Shown here: in pieces, positions 1 through 12,076 of the stretch
Position numbering within the stretch: position 1 is the first letter of the stretch
How the letters are laid out: every line of letters starts with the position of its first letter
Assembly (NCBI GenBank): GCA_964016885.1
Contig: OZ024747.1
Coordinates: 85,188,001 to 85,252,000, forward strand
From: Eledone cirrhosa
Taxonomy: Eukaryota
Direction of reading: 5' to 3'
DNA length: 64,000 nt
The notes under the pieces: generated by a model
What the model saw: the letters and a program-made list of their open reading frames with translations, nothing else
Databases searched by the model: none
What the model was told of the DNA's origin: nothing
Translations under genes and position numbers: made by a program

Positions 1-1535
1 TCCAATACGAAAGGCATTTTCTCTGAAAAAAAAAACGTTATAACTTTATAATCCTTTCATTTGTTTGCCTAAACGCTAAATGTCTCAAGTTGTATTACAT
101 TTATAGAATAAAATATATTAAATGAACTTTTTTGTCTCGTATTTTACATTCATTTCAATATTCTATGCAAGGCCTAATGGTTAATTTCAGTACTCAATAA
201 CGCAGTTTTGAGTTCAAGCATGATACTTTAAGCAAATGTCTTCTATCATAGCCTCGGCTCGGCTCAAACCTTTTGAGTAAAATTCAGTGTATGAATTATG
301 CTTCTAGCTTCTAGAATGGTGGACTTAATTCGTCGCCCGTTTTAACATCACTTGGCCCTTGAGTGCCTTTTAGTGGTGTTAAGTGTTGTAAGTATTCATA
401 CCAGGTCGGTTTATTTGTAGGAAAGGCAAACTGATTGAATCAACCTCAGTTCTTGACTGATACTTTATTTTATCGATCCGGGAAGAATGAAAGGCAAAGT
501 TGACTTTAGCATGATTTGAACTTAAAATGTAAAGAACCAGAACAAATACTGTAATAGCATTTTATCGGAGGCTCTTACCAATTCTGCAAATTCTCCCACC
601 CTGTGTACTAGTAAGATATTGATGCCGATTTATATCGATAATTAGCTAAAGTAGATTGGTATTTACAATGATTTCTAAAATCTTATCTCATTGGCGAAAT
701 CACATTTTCATTTTTTTGCTTTTTTTACATCTGACAAGTTAAAAGTTCTCAACTTTTAAATTACGATTTCTGAAATTTAAATTTTATGGTGATCACCATT
801 GAAACCTCTGTCTTCTTTCACCGAACTGGTTCCTACGCCAAGTCGGAAGAAGGGTATCACACCAGTGGAAGAGACCCATGACATGGAATACGTTACAGAG
901 GGTATCACTAGCGTCCGTCATCTTGTTCTCAAGCGAAGCAGCTGACATATCCCGTTCAGCCAAGGGTGTAGTTTGTCTTCTCCCATACCCACAACCTCAA
1001 GTGAACATTTAACCAAAATCACTGTCAGATAAAACAGATGTTATCAAAACTGCCACGCAAGCTATTTCTGCCAACGTACACACAGCTATGGTTCAAGTGA
1101 CTGAATGATAAAAGATTAACCAGACTTCAGTCGGCTCATAATTTACACTAATTCGCTCTCTACACATTTAGGACGAACAGTTAAAAACACTTTAAATAGA
1201 GTAAAATCTGTTTCTTCTGTCCAAACGTATTTTTAAAAATTCCCTTTCCTCCCTATGGAGAATTGTGCGACTTTCGTCCTTTCTGTAGCAATTTAGATTA
1301 ATGGAAGTAAAGTCGCTAGCTTCGCATTTCATCCCTCCTCCCCCGTCAACATCAATCTAGACTAAAGGTTTTCAACCCCTTTTGCCCCTCGAAATATACT
1401 ACTGATTTTGATATCAGTAGATTACTGGGCCAAATCAAGTTATGTTAGATTCTTTAAAAAAATACTCGTACGAATTAAATACAAAAAAGTTTCAGTCCAA
1501 AACAAAAGCAAACTATTTCAAATTATATATTTTTG

Positions 1536-1580
<45 letters not shown>

Positions 1581-2683
1581 CTCAGTCGAAAATTTTTTTT
1601 TTTTTTAAAATTCTATATTTCACTGTTAGCTGTTGTAATATTAATATTTTGAGTGGATAGACAATTGAAACTACAAAGTCAAAATACAAAAGTTGCAAAA
1701 TATGAAGAATTTCTTACCTTTCTCTGAAATCACAAACTCAGGGGAAAAATAGTACCTTGCAAAATAATATACCTCGTAGCAAAATAAGTAGTAACGAATG
1801 AATTGAGAAGCTTGGTGACTGAGAAAGCAATATTTTTATCCCTTATATATATAAACACGCACACACGTGTGTGTGTGTGTGCCTTGGTACAGAAACGATT
1901 TTGCCTATTTTTTTTTTTATTGCCAGGTCAAAGGCCACAGCTCTTTTCAACAACGCCAAATAACAACGCTGCACGCACGCACGCACGCATGCATGCATGA
2001 AGAGGGAGGGACAGAGGAGAGTAAGAAATGTGTGTGTGTTTGGTACACGTCTATCTTTTTATCTCCAACAGGGGTTCACACATGCGGCCCACGAACTACT
2101 TATCTGTGGCCAGTGGTAGAACCAATATTTCATATCGCATTATAACTGATGGAAACAAGGCGGCGAGCTGGTGGAATCGTTAGCACATCTGGCGAAATGC
2201 TTAACGGTACTTCTTCCGTTTTTACGTTCTGAGTTCAAATTCCGCCGATCTCAACTTTGCCTTACATCTTTTTGGGGTCGATGAATTAAGTACCAGTTGT
2301 GTACTAGGATCGATGCAATCGACTGAACCCTAAACCCCAAATTTCATGCCTTGTTCCTATAGTAGAAATGATTATAACTGGTGAAAATGTTCACCCACCA
2401 CCACGTTTGGCCCACTGTGCCTCTCCTCCAGGACGTAATAGCCCTTTTGTGTCCTTCAGTTTGAGACCCTCTTCTACACACGCACACGCACACACCCCTT
2501 TCATGCTGGAGCATCACCTTGGTAAGTTATGGGGACGTCAACAAGCATTGGTGGGAGGGCAAACGCAAAGACATATATACGACGGGCTTCTTTTAGTTTC
2601 GATCTATCAAATCCACTTTCGTCGGCTCGGGCAGTGGGACTGAACCCGGAAATATGTGGTTGGGAAACAAGCTTCTTGTCACA

Positions 2684-2727
<44 letters not shown>

Positions 2728-3087
2728 CCTTACACACTTAAATATAAATGCATGTATATATATATACAAATGTATAAATGCATAGCTAGATACATACGTA
2801 AATGTATATATGTATGTAGATTTATATATATATATGTATATATGTATGTAGATTTATATATATATATGTATATATGTATGTAGATTTATATATATATGTA
2901 TATATATATGTATGTAGATTTATATATGTATATATATATGTATGTAGATTTATATATATATATGTATATATGTATGTAGATTTATATATATATGTATATA
3001 TGTATGTAGATTTATGTATATATGTATGTAGATTTATGTATATATGTATGTATGTATGTATGTATGTAGATTTATATGTATATATAT

Positions 3088-4070
3088 TATCATCAGGTCG
3101 AGTTTGCTCGGCTTTCTACGACACGCTTCCTCCATCCATCTCTGTCTCTCATAGCGTTTGCCAGTTCTTGCGCAGTGCATCCAGTATCGTCCTCAAGTTG
3201 CGTGACATGTCTTCTTGGGACGACCAGCGTTTCTTGCTCCATGAGATGGACTCCATAACAACACATCACCTGCTATTTCTTCCTTGCTGCGCCAACAGTG
3301 GCCAGCAAATCTGAGTTTCTGTCCACGTATTGACATGCTGATAGGTGGTATATTGCCATAGAGATCTTTATTTGTTGGGTGTTCCCTCCAAGATACGTTT
3401 AAAGCAGCGCGGAGCATACGTGTGTATGCCCCGTCTAGCTTTTTCTCCAGTTTCGACGAAAACTTAGAGCTTGGTTTCATTCTCACAAAGCGAAAGTGTA
3501 GACGCCATGCAGCTCAGAAAATCACCGATGCTGACTATGCGGATGATTTAGCGGTCCTCGCTGACTACCTTAAGGATGCAACATCACTACTTCACAGCAT
3601 TGAATCAGTTGCAAAGGAAATCGGACTCTGTCAACGCAGGCAAAACAGAATATATATTCCTGTACCAAGATTCCTCAGTTGGTATGCGAAGTCAAAACGG
3701 CGATATAATCAAGCAAGTTGACGACTTCAAATACCTGGGTAGCTATATCGCCTCCACAGAACATGATGTTAACATCAGACTGGGAAAAGCCTGGGGAGCA
3801 TGGAATGTAATGGAAAAGATATGGAAATCAAACCTGCCGGCCAAACTGAAAAGGAATTTCTTCAGAGCTGCTGTGAAGTCTGTGCTTGTTTATGGCTCTA
3901 TCACTTGGACACACTAGAAGAGGAAGACCAAGGTTAACGTATGTTGATGCCCTAAGGACAGACACTGGTCTGTTGGAGACGCAGGACATGGCAGCGATAA
4001 TGAGGGACAGAGACCGCTGGAGAGAACTCGTCCATGGATCTCGGGAATTTTACCCGCCTTAGATAGATAG
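3088..4070. mobile_element. Composite RTE-clade LINE relic with internal inversion
   Basis: Minus 3088-3452: LEKKLDGAYTRMLRAALNVSW...GRPKKT (3' end); plus 3453-3915: DADYADDL...FKYLGS...[10 protein letters not shown]; plus 3916-4070: a second RTE 3' end RGRPRLTYVD...RDRDRW with (agat)n tail. Confidence 0.88.
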
Positions 4071-4099
4071 GTATATGTATATATATATGAATTAGTTTA

Positions 4100-5360
4100 G
4101 CGAGGTTTTTTATATGAAATCGTGCTAAACCCATGGCCTCCAAATACCTGATACTCAAAAACTCAGCAATGTCCAGTAGTGCTAAGTTTAATATTCTGAT
4201 CGCAGATTTGGTACGAGTGATGAAGAATGTGTCCAGCATGTGCGACCCAACAGAAATGGAAAGACACATCCAACACTTCATCAACCGCATGCAGTTCTCT
4301 GGCTACAACCAAAGAGACGGAGTCAGAGTATACGAAGGAGCCATGGAAAAGTATAAGACCCTCATAGAACTGGACATGAAAGGAATTTGCCCACTATACA
4401 GGAGCAAATCATGGAATAGCTTAGATAGGGCTAGACATAAGATAGGGAAGGCCACATCATGGTACGACAACCAGAGATATCAGAGTGTCATGTTTGTGGA
4501 CGCCACCCCTGGAGGGAAATTAGCTAAGCAGTGTAGAAAGGCCCTGAGAAAGACTCACTTAAAAATAAAGGTGGTAGAAAAGCCAGGAACCACCATAAAA
4601 TCCCTGATCAGCAAAACCTACCCTTTTAAGAAAACCCACTGTACCAATAGGAAATGTATCATATGTAAGGTGAACCCCCGGATAAACTGTAAAACTAGAA
4701 ACGTAGTCTATAGCATAAGATGTACAGAGGGTACTTGCAGAAACATGACAACAACATACATAGGTGAGACAGCTCGTAGCATAGGTGAAAGGATAGACCA
4801 ACACTGGGGGGAACTAAAAGGACGAAAAAACGGGTCAGTACTATACGAACATGCTAGACAACAACATGACGGTAACATAGACAACATAGAAATTAGAATA
4901 ATATCTAAACATAGGAATGACCCAGCAGATAGGCAAATCAGAGAGGCCAGTGAAATAGAAATTAGAAGACCAAAGCTAAACAGAAAGAATGAGTGGAACA
5001 ACAACAACACCCAAACAAACAACACTGACCTAAGAGAAGTGTAAATAAGTAAATAAATAAAATAAAATAAAATAAGATAAATAAATACATACACAAGCAC
5101 AATAACAACAAGCACATAAACACACACTAGTCACCCAGCAGACACAACACTATACACACTAGTCACACAGCACACATAACACTATACACACACGCAAACG
5201 CATGCGCAAAGAAGACAAAATAAAATAAACAAACAAGCAAATAAATATATAGACAGACTGAATAAAAAATGGCGTAGACATACAACACAACAGGAGGAAA
5301 AAAAAAAAAAAATAACACCACTGACGATGTTGCAGATGTGCAACGAAAGATTTATGTAAA
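4100..5360 (+). mobile_element. 5'-truncated Penelope-like element (Neptune-type): RT C-terminus, Cys-rich linker, GIY-YIG endonuclease, 3'UTR with hammerhead remnant
   Basis: ORF 4133-5044: CTNRKCIIC linker, NVVYSIRC...YIGETARSIGERIDQH...REASEIEIRRPKLN; sense-strand CTGACGA-T-GTTGCA-gatg-TGCAAC-GAAA at 5321-5348. Confidence 0.88.
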
Positions 5361-5559
5361 TTATGTAAACTATATATATGTGTTTGTGTCTATATTGTAT
5401 CTGTATTATTTTTGACCGTCGGTCAGTCAATGGCAACATTGAGGACCGAGTAAGTTAGATCGCAGATATAAAAGACAGCGAGAAGCGAAAACCAACCAAA
5501 CAGTGAGTGTGTTCTGTTATTAATTCTGGCAATATTACGCAAATATGACCCTCCCCAAG

Positions 5560-6086
5560 TATATATATATATGTATATGTTTATATGTATATATATGTAT
5601 ATATGTATATATATATATGTATATATATATATATGTGTATGTATATGTGTATGTATGTGTATATGTATGTGTATGTATGTGTATATGTATGTGTATATAT
5701 GTGTGTATATATGTGTATGTATGTGTGTATGTATGTATGCATGTGTGTATGTATGTGTGTATATATATATATGTGTGTATATATATATATATGTGTATAT
5801 ATATACGTGTGTATATATGTGTATGTATGTGTATATATGTGTGTATGTATGTATGTGTGTATGTATGTGTGTGTATGTATGTATGTGTGTATGTATGTGT
5901 GTATGTATGTATATATATGTATATGTATGTATATATATGTATATATATGTATATATATGTATATATATATGTATATATATGTGTATATATGTATATATAT
6001 GTATATATATATGTATATATGTATATATATGTATATATGTATATATATACATATATATATACATATATACATACATATATACATAC

Positions 6087-6117
<31 letters not shown>

Positions 6118-6188
6118 CATACATATATACATACATATATACATACATATATATATACATATATATGTATATATATATATATGTATGT
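5560..6188. repeat. (TA/TG)n compound microsatellite
   Basis: Direct inspection; similar tracts at 2688-3086, 12815-13115, 13868-14117, 24020-24340, 44600-45070, 45961-46420. Confidence 0.97.
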
Positions 6189-6200
6189 TTAAAATTTAGC

Positions 6201-6270
6201 TTCGTTTATTACTGCTATATATATTTCAGTGACAGCCATCTTTGGCTGTGACCTCTTCAGGCAGTCCGAA
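6201..6270 (-). ncRNA. Type I hammerhead ribozyme (Penelope-associated type)
   Basis: Minus strand TTCG-G-ACTGC-CTGAAGA-GGTCACAGCC-aaagat-GGCTGTCACT-GAAA-TATATA-TA-GCAGT-aataaa-CGAA: canonical core, stems I and II paired, palindromic stem III. Confidence 0.8.
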
Positions 6271-6536
6271 TTAGTGTGGTATAGACAAGTACATATGTTG
6301 TTGAGGTGTATAATTTTGTCAATACTCTGATATGCCCAGTTCCTGGTTGGGTTGTTATTTCACTGAGGAACTGGTTGGATTGTTATTTCACTGAAATAAC
6401 AACCGAACCAGGAACTGGGCATATCAGAGTATTGACAAAATTATACACCTCAACAACATATGTACTTGTCTATACCACACTAATTCGGACTGCCTGAAAA
6501 GGTCACAGCCAAAGATGGCTGTCACTGAAATATATA
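6218..6536. repeat. Long inverted repeat, arms about 145 bp (6218-6362 / 6392-6536)
   Basis: Arms are reverse complements with about 2 mismatches; spacer holds a short direct duplication. Confidence 0.95.
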
Positions 6537-6790
6537 GGTGGGACAGGTCGTAACCCTAGATAGGGGTCCATTTCAGGTGATGACAACCGGAGCTAGCTGA
6601 ACATGGGACTCAAATCACTTCACTCTGTTTTAATTGAACATTAGATAACACTGTCAAGAATTAAAATAACGTTTCTTCAAATCATTTATTCTATTTTTAA
6701 AGGAACAATAGATAATGCTATGTCCATATGGAAGCGAAATATTTTACTTGTTACTACGTCATTATTGCTGTCTCATCATCATGTACATGT

Positions 6791-6811
6791 TTCTCCAACA
6801 GTTTGACGTCA
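6791..6811 (+). promoter_or_regulatory. Perfect CRE (TGACGTCA, 6804-6811) and possible 5'UTR splice acceptor (ttctccaacag) upstream of PDZ ORF
   Basis: Motif match only, about 30 nt upstream of ATG. Confidence 0.3.
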
Positions 6812-6839
6812 TAAAATTCTCTTCGTTAGAAACCAATGA

Positions 6840-7640
6840 ATGATGGCGGCATTCGATCCTATAAAGATTGTTCTGAAAAGAGACTCATATGGGTTTGGTT
6901 TTGGCTTCCAACGGCAAGCCCAGAATGATGAAACAGGTATTTACGTTGTTGATGTTCTCAGAAATTACTGCAATAACAGGGCAGTCATGTTAGACGAATC
7001 CGATCGCATTTTGGCAATAAACGATCGTGGTTTAGAAAATAAAAGCATCAGCCAGATACGCGAGTTACTCAAGAAGTCCGGCAATGAAGTATGTCTAACA
7101 ATACAACCAAATAATAAGTCAACAAACACTATCAGAGCTGCTATATTGAAAAATATTCCAGACTACCAAAAGAATTCGAACAAGTCGTTGAAAGCAAAAT
7201 TCCTAAAAATCTTAAGAAAAATATTTGTACAACCTAAAGGTATTTTTATTGTGACCATCAGAACAACAAATGACCTCAAATTTCGTATTCTAGGGGGTTC
7301 TTTGCAACCAATCATAAGAGGTTATACAGGAATTCATATAGTGAAGATAGACAAAGATATACAATACTGCTGTGAAGGGATGCACTTAGAAGAAGGTGAT
7401 AGAGTTATTTGTGCTAATGATATACCTCTAGATGGTGAATCCCTTGCAAATGCGGAATCTGTTTTGCAAAATTGTAAACAAGACAGAATTAAACTGATTG
7501 TTTCGCGTATTAAATGTGAAAATGAGGCCAAGAAAAACGGGAATAGAAGAAAAAAGAGGGTTCTTTTCATGTCATCCATATCAATGGAACTAGTTTTCCT
7601 AAGCACTTTCGCTTTCATGATATCGCGTTTTATTCCTTAA
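6840..7640 (+). CDS. Intronless tandem-PDZ protein with C-terminal transmembrane tail (SYNJ2BP/OMP25-like)
   Basis: 266-aa complex ORF; PDZ1 LKRDSYGFGFGF...TGIYVVDV...DRILAIND; PDZ2 LKFRILGG...TGIHIVKI...LEEGDRVICAND; basic patch KKNGNRRKKR then hydrophobic VLFMSSISMELVFLSTFAFMI and short SRFIP end; AATAAA at 7755-7760. Confidence 0.85.
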   Translation: MMAAFDPIKIVLKRDSYGFGFGFQRQAQNDETGIYVVDVLRNYCNNRAVMLDESDRILAINDRGLENKSISQIRELLKKSGNEVCLTIQPNNKSTNTIRAAILKNIPDYQKNSNKSLKAKFLKILRKIFVQPKGIFIVTIRTTNDLKFRILGGSLQPIIRGYTGIHIVKIDKDIQYCCEGMHLEEGDRVICANDIPLDGESLANAESVLQNCKQDRIKLIVSRIKCENEAKKNGNRRKKRVLFMSSISMELVFLSTFAFMISRFIP

Positions 7641-7937
7641 ATCACCCTCACCCCACCAAAGCCATCTTAACTAGACGAAAGAGAGTCAAACAAAGCAACT
7701 ATGGAAAAATGCTTTTAATGTTAAAAACAAGCAAACCCCAAAATATCAACTATAAATAAAATTATATCTATATATATATGTATACAATGTGTGTGTTAAT
7801 ATTTGTGTGTGTATATATATATATATGATGTGTGTGTTAATATTTGTGTGTGTGTATATATATATAATATATATATAATATATATATATATATATGATGT
7901 GTGTGTTAATATTTGTGAATATATATATATATATACA

Positions 7938-8356
7938 TAGTTTTGGTGTGACAAATACAGTGAAGGAGGCAGAGGATTTGATGCAGGAAGTTGAGACTGT
8001 GGGGCTGAGAATGAATGAGACTAAGTCTGGTAGGAAATGTTGGGAAACCAGAGGGGATCACTAATGTAGGCGGGAAGCCGCTGGAATTAGTTGAGGACTT
8101 CCTGTATTTGGGAACAGAGATTGGGAATACGGAAAATGATGTGGTTGAGAGGAAGAGCAAAGCCTGGGCGGCGTGCCACAGTCTGAGATGGGTGTGGAAG
8201 TCGGACCTTCGTGAGGACCTGAAGATCCGGCTCTTCATTGCTGTAGTGGAGTCTGTGCTGCTGAACGGGTCTGAGACTTGGACACTGACCAAGAAACTCA
8301 CTCAGATGGTGGATGGGTGTTACACAAGAATGCTGAGGATGGCTCTGAACATTACG

Positions 8357-8360
<4 letters not shown>
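7938..8360 (+). mobile_element. RTE-clade LINE RT fragment
   Basis: VEDFLYLGTEI...VESVLLNGSETWTLTKKLTQMVDGCYTRMLRMALNI, truncated by (TA)n. Confidence 0.85.
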
Positions 8361-8420
<60 letters not shown>

Positions 8421-8512
8421 TTAATATTTGTGTGTGTATGTATATATATATATAGTGTTAATATTTGTGTGTGTGTATATATATATATATATAGTGTTAA
8501 TATTTATGTGTG

Positions 8513-8543
<31 letters not shown>

Positions 8544-8747
8544 TAATATTTGTGTATGAATCTACATTTATTTCAACGCGCACGTGGGCGTGCGTGGATA
8601 ACTCCAAATATCGTAGATTTTAAAGACTTATTTTCGAAATAAAGTAGCGTCTTCGACGTCGGGAAATCTGGTAAATTCTAAACAAAATTATAAAACTGTT
8701 AAGAACTTCATTAAAAAATTAAAAATTGATATTATTACTTATCTCAC

Positions 8748-8938
8748 GGGCGGTGGATTGGCAGTATTGGTAGAGGGTCGGACGCCATGCTTTGACGTAT
8801 AGAGTTACGGCCCTTGCCATTCTGAGTTCAAATCCCGCCGAGGTTAACTTTGTCTTTCATCCTTACGGGGTCGATAAAATAAAGTACCAGTAATACACTG
8901 GATATTTGCTGGCCTTGTGCCAAAAGTAGAAACAATTA
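8748..8938 (+). mobile_element. tRNA-derived SINE (family 1, about 190 bp) with target-site duplication
   Basis: A-box TGGCAGTATTGG, B-box GAGTTCAAATCC, core ctttcatccttacggggtcgataaaataaagtaccag (resembles Deu/Nin domain), tail AGAAACAATTA; 15-bp TSD attattacttatctc at 8731 and 8935. Confidence 0.9.
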
Positions 8939-9309
8939 TTACTTATCTCTCTTTATAAGAGTAGGCGCCCTTAATATTCAAGGGAAACTACTTTGTTCTA
9001 GTAGTGTCTTTTTACAAAACTATATAATTGTTTCTACTCTTGGCACAAGGCCAGCAATTACCCCAGTGCATTACTGGTGCTTTATTTTATCAACCCCGTA
9101 AGGCAAACTATAATGTTATTAAATTTCTTATTTCTAGTTTTGTTAAACGAGAGGTCCCAGTTATGGACATAGTCGACTATATCAGACCCAAGTAAATGAT
9201 TGGTACATTATTGCTCAGATGATTACATGTTTCAGTATTTTTACAGTAAATAAAATACTGTATTGTGTATTATCTTCATTTTTGTTCCCTCCATCTCCGC
9301 ATTCTCTCA

Positions 9310-10932
9310 CATTATGAATCGCACTTTAAGTCCCCAAATGATGACCCTTCAACTTCGATTTCAACGTAGGGAAGAAGTAGAAATTACACAGTTAGATCTG
9401 AGCTGTATGGATGACGTGAAATAATGGGAATGTTTGTGTTTTTGTTTTTTTTGCCAGAAATTTTCTAATTGAAAGTGTTGTGTGAGCAGGAGCGTTATCG
9501 TGGTGCAGTACCCAATCTCCTGCAATGTACTTTCGGACTCGCTGAATCCGTTTTTAAGTCGTTCCAAGACATCTTTATAGAAGGTTATCTGTCTGTCCTG
9601 GAGTGAGGTAAAAATTCTTCGTGAACAATACCTCCGCTGTCGAAAAAAATGATAATCATTGTTTTCACCCAGGATCTGCTCATGTGTACTTTCTTTGGAC
9701 GGTAGACTTTTTCGTCTGCCATTCCTCACTTTGTCGATTTGTTTCTGGATCGTTTCGAACACCCATCATTCATCTCCTGTTATTACTTCATCCAAGAAAT
9801 TTGGCTCAATTTCCAGTTTTCCAAGAAAATGCTGATAAATTTCCAACCGTGCATATGATCTGTTAAAATTCTGTGAACTCCATTTTTATCCAACCCCGTT
9901 TCTTCTGCAATCATCTTAACATTTCATTGGTGATCTTTAGCCATCATCGCTTTCACATTTTGTTCATTTATTGATGAAATTGGCCTTCCAGAACGAGGTT
10001 CGTCTTCAATATTTTCTCGGTTTCCTTTGAAAGTTTTGTGTCACTTAAAAACCTTACTTCTAGGTAGAGTGATATCTTTGTAAACTTGGGTTAAACAGTT
10101 AAATGTTTTGGTGGCAAATTTGTTGAGTTTCACACAAAATTTGAACGCGTACAGTCAGTCGTTCAATATTTTCCCTCGTCGCAAACGTGACAGGGATTAT
10201 AAACACGTCTGTATATATGACAGGGATTATAAACACGTCTGTATATATGACAGGGGTTGTAAACACGTCTGTACATATGACAGGGGTTATAAACACGTCT
10301 GTATATATGACAGGGGTTATAAACACGTCTGTACATATGACGGGGATTATAAACACATCTGTATATATGACAGGGGTTATAAACACGTCTGTATATATGA
10401 CAGGGATTATAAACACGTCTGTACATATGACAGGGATTATAAACACGTCTGTACATATGACAGGGATTATAAACACGTCTGTACATATGACAGGGATTAT
10501 AAACACGTCTGTATATATGACAGGGATTATAAACACGTCTGTACATGACAGGGATTATAAACACGTCTGTATATATGACAGGGATTATAAACACGTCTGT
10601 ATATATGACAGGGATTATAAACACGTCTGTATATGACAGGGGTTATAAACACGTCTGTACATATGACAGGATTATAAACACGTCTGTACATATGACAGGG
10701 GTTATAAACACATCTGTACATATGACAGGGGTTATAAACACATCTGTACATATGACAGGGGTTATAAACACGTCTGTACATAACCAGAAATAACTGATGC
10801 AATCGATCATGTTGAAACATGTATGTACCTGCAGCCAAGATCATAACCAAAATGCCTATATACATCGAGATATTTCGTTACAATGTCATACATAGGAAAG
10901 TCAGTACCCTTACTTTTGGATGAAAGCTCGTA
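9310..10932 (-). mobile_element. Degenerate Tc1/mariner element (mariner transposase pseudogene)
   Basis: Minus strand frames give KFCVKLNK...EDEPRSGRP (HTH region) and FFPTLKSKLKGHH, with stops and frameshifts; TIR-like TACGAGCTTTCATCCAAAAGTAAGG at 10932 end. Confidence 0.8.
10187..10781. repeat. 30-bp minisatellite, about 20 copies, inside the mariner 5' region
   Basis: Unit tgacagggattataaacacgtctgtatata with point variants and 1-2-bp deletions. Confidence 0.97.
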
Positions 10933-10942
10933 TATATATATA

Positions 10943-11630
10943 TACTAGCAGAGTAGCCGGTTGTTGCTGCGAAATTTTCACCTTATAGTGCTTTGTTTCA
11001 ATCTTTTTTTCTTTTATTATTCCGTGTCTCTCCCGTATATCGTCAATCATGCCCGGGGTGGTTTCTATAGACATTTACTCAGTGGTAGCTGTATGTTGAA
11101 GTGGTATCAATGACTTGTTGTATACTTTAGTGTGAACGCCTTCACGTAAACATCGGGTGACCTCTGTAAGGACAACTCTCTGCTTTATAGCAGAAGCAAT
11201 GCCCTCATGAATGGATGGAATAATAAGGTCACATTGAAGGAATGCACGAGACAATAAAAGCCAGACTACTTTAAATTGTCTCAGTGACAGTCATTGATAG
11301 CATTACTATTTTCTTTTTTTGCTTTTTACTTCTATTCATTTCCGAATTAAGAAACTTCAGGGGCCCACAAAAACCTTCTCCTTGATACGCACATTTCGAA
11401 AATCAAATACGTTTTTCTCTTGGACGCAGCGCGAGTTGAACTCTGAAATAGTCGCACAAGTTAGGTATCGAACTCAGAGTTGCCGTTACCAAAGCAAAAC
11501 TTAACACTAATCCGCCATTTTAAAGCCTTGGTTATCCACCAATAGATGTAAACAAATAAGTAAATAGTTTTAGAAGCGTTGAGCGAATTTGGAGTTTGGA
11601 AGTATATTAGCTTATAAATTGATTGACACA
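10943..11630 (-). mobile_element. Probable non-autonomous Helitron-like repeat
   Basis: Minus strand ends ...caacaaccggctactctgCTAGt into TA repeat, resembling Helitron 3' ends; other boundary uncertain. Confidence 0.35.
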
Positions 11631-11631
11631 G

Positions 11632-11733
<102 letters not shown>

Positions 11734-12005
11734 TTCGTATTTCTAAAGAAATAACACCCTTGCTTCTTCTGGAAACCACCGAGGGTGTTAGCCCCGGTGT
11801 TTGCATAGCTACGGCTTCCTAAAACCGTGTTTCTTTAGAAATACGAAATTTCTATACATATTTGTATAACGCTATGCTTGAAGCGAAATCCTATTTCTCT
11901 CTCTCTCTCTCTCTGAGGGGGGATGCAAAAGGCAAACAGAAATAACGACACGGTCCAACGAAGAAATATATTGTTACTTTTACGCTTGATATAGTAGGAA
12001 AAGAA

Positions 12006-12040
12006 CCTTAACGTTTCGGACGCTAGTCCTTCATCAGAAG

Positions 12041-12041
<1 letters not shown>
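12006..12041 (-). ncRNA. Minimal hammerhead ribozyme motif
   Basis: TCTT-CTGATGA-A-GGAC-tagc-GTCC-GAAA-CG-TT-AAGG; palindromic ACGT stem III; decayed copies near 32040-32075 and 49562-49597. Confidence 0.55.

Positions 12042-12076
<35 letters not shown>

Noticed and set aside
1541-1574. A-run of about 34 nt as a retrocopy poly(A) tail
   Set aside because: No recognisable upstream processed gene or TSD.
4133-5044. 303-aa ORF as a host nuclease gene
   Set aside because: 5'-truncated RT C-terminus plus GIY-YIG with a hammerhead remnant in the 3'UTR is typical Penelope-like element anatomy.
8748-8845. tRNA genes at A/B-box matches
   Set aside because: No complete cloverleaf; each continues into a shared SINE body and tail with TSDs.
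10099-10865. 30-bp repeat array as CRISPR or repeat protein
   Set aside because: Head-to-tail units with no unique spacers, no cas genes, eukaryotic context, ORFs open on both strands.
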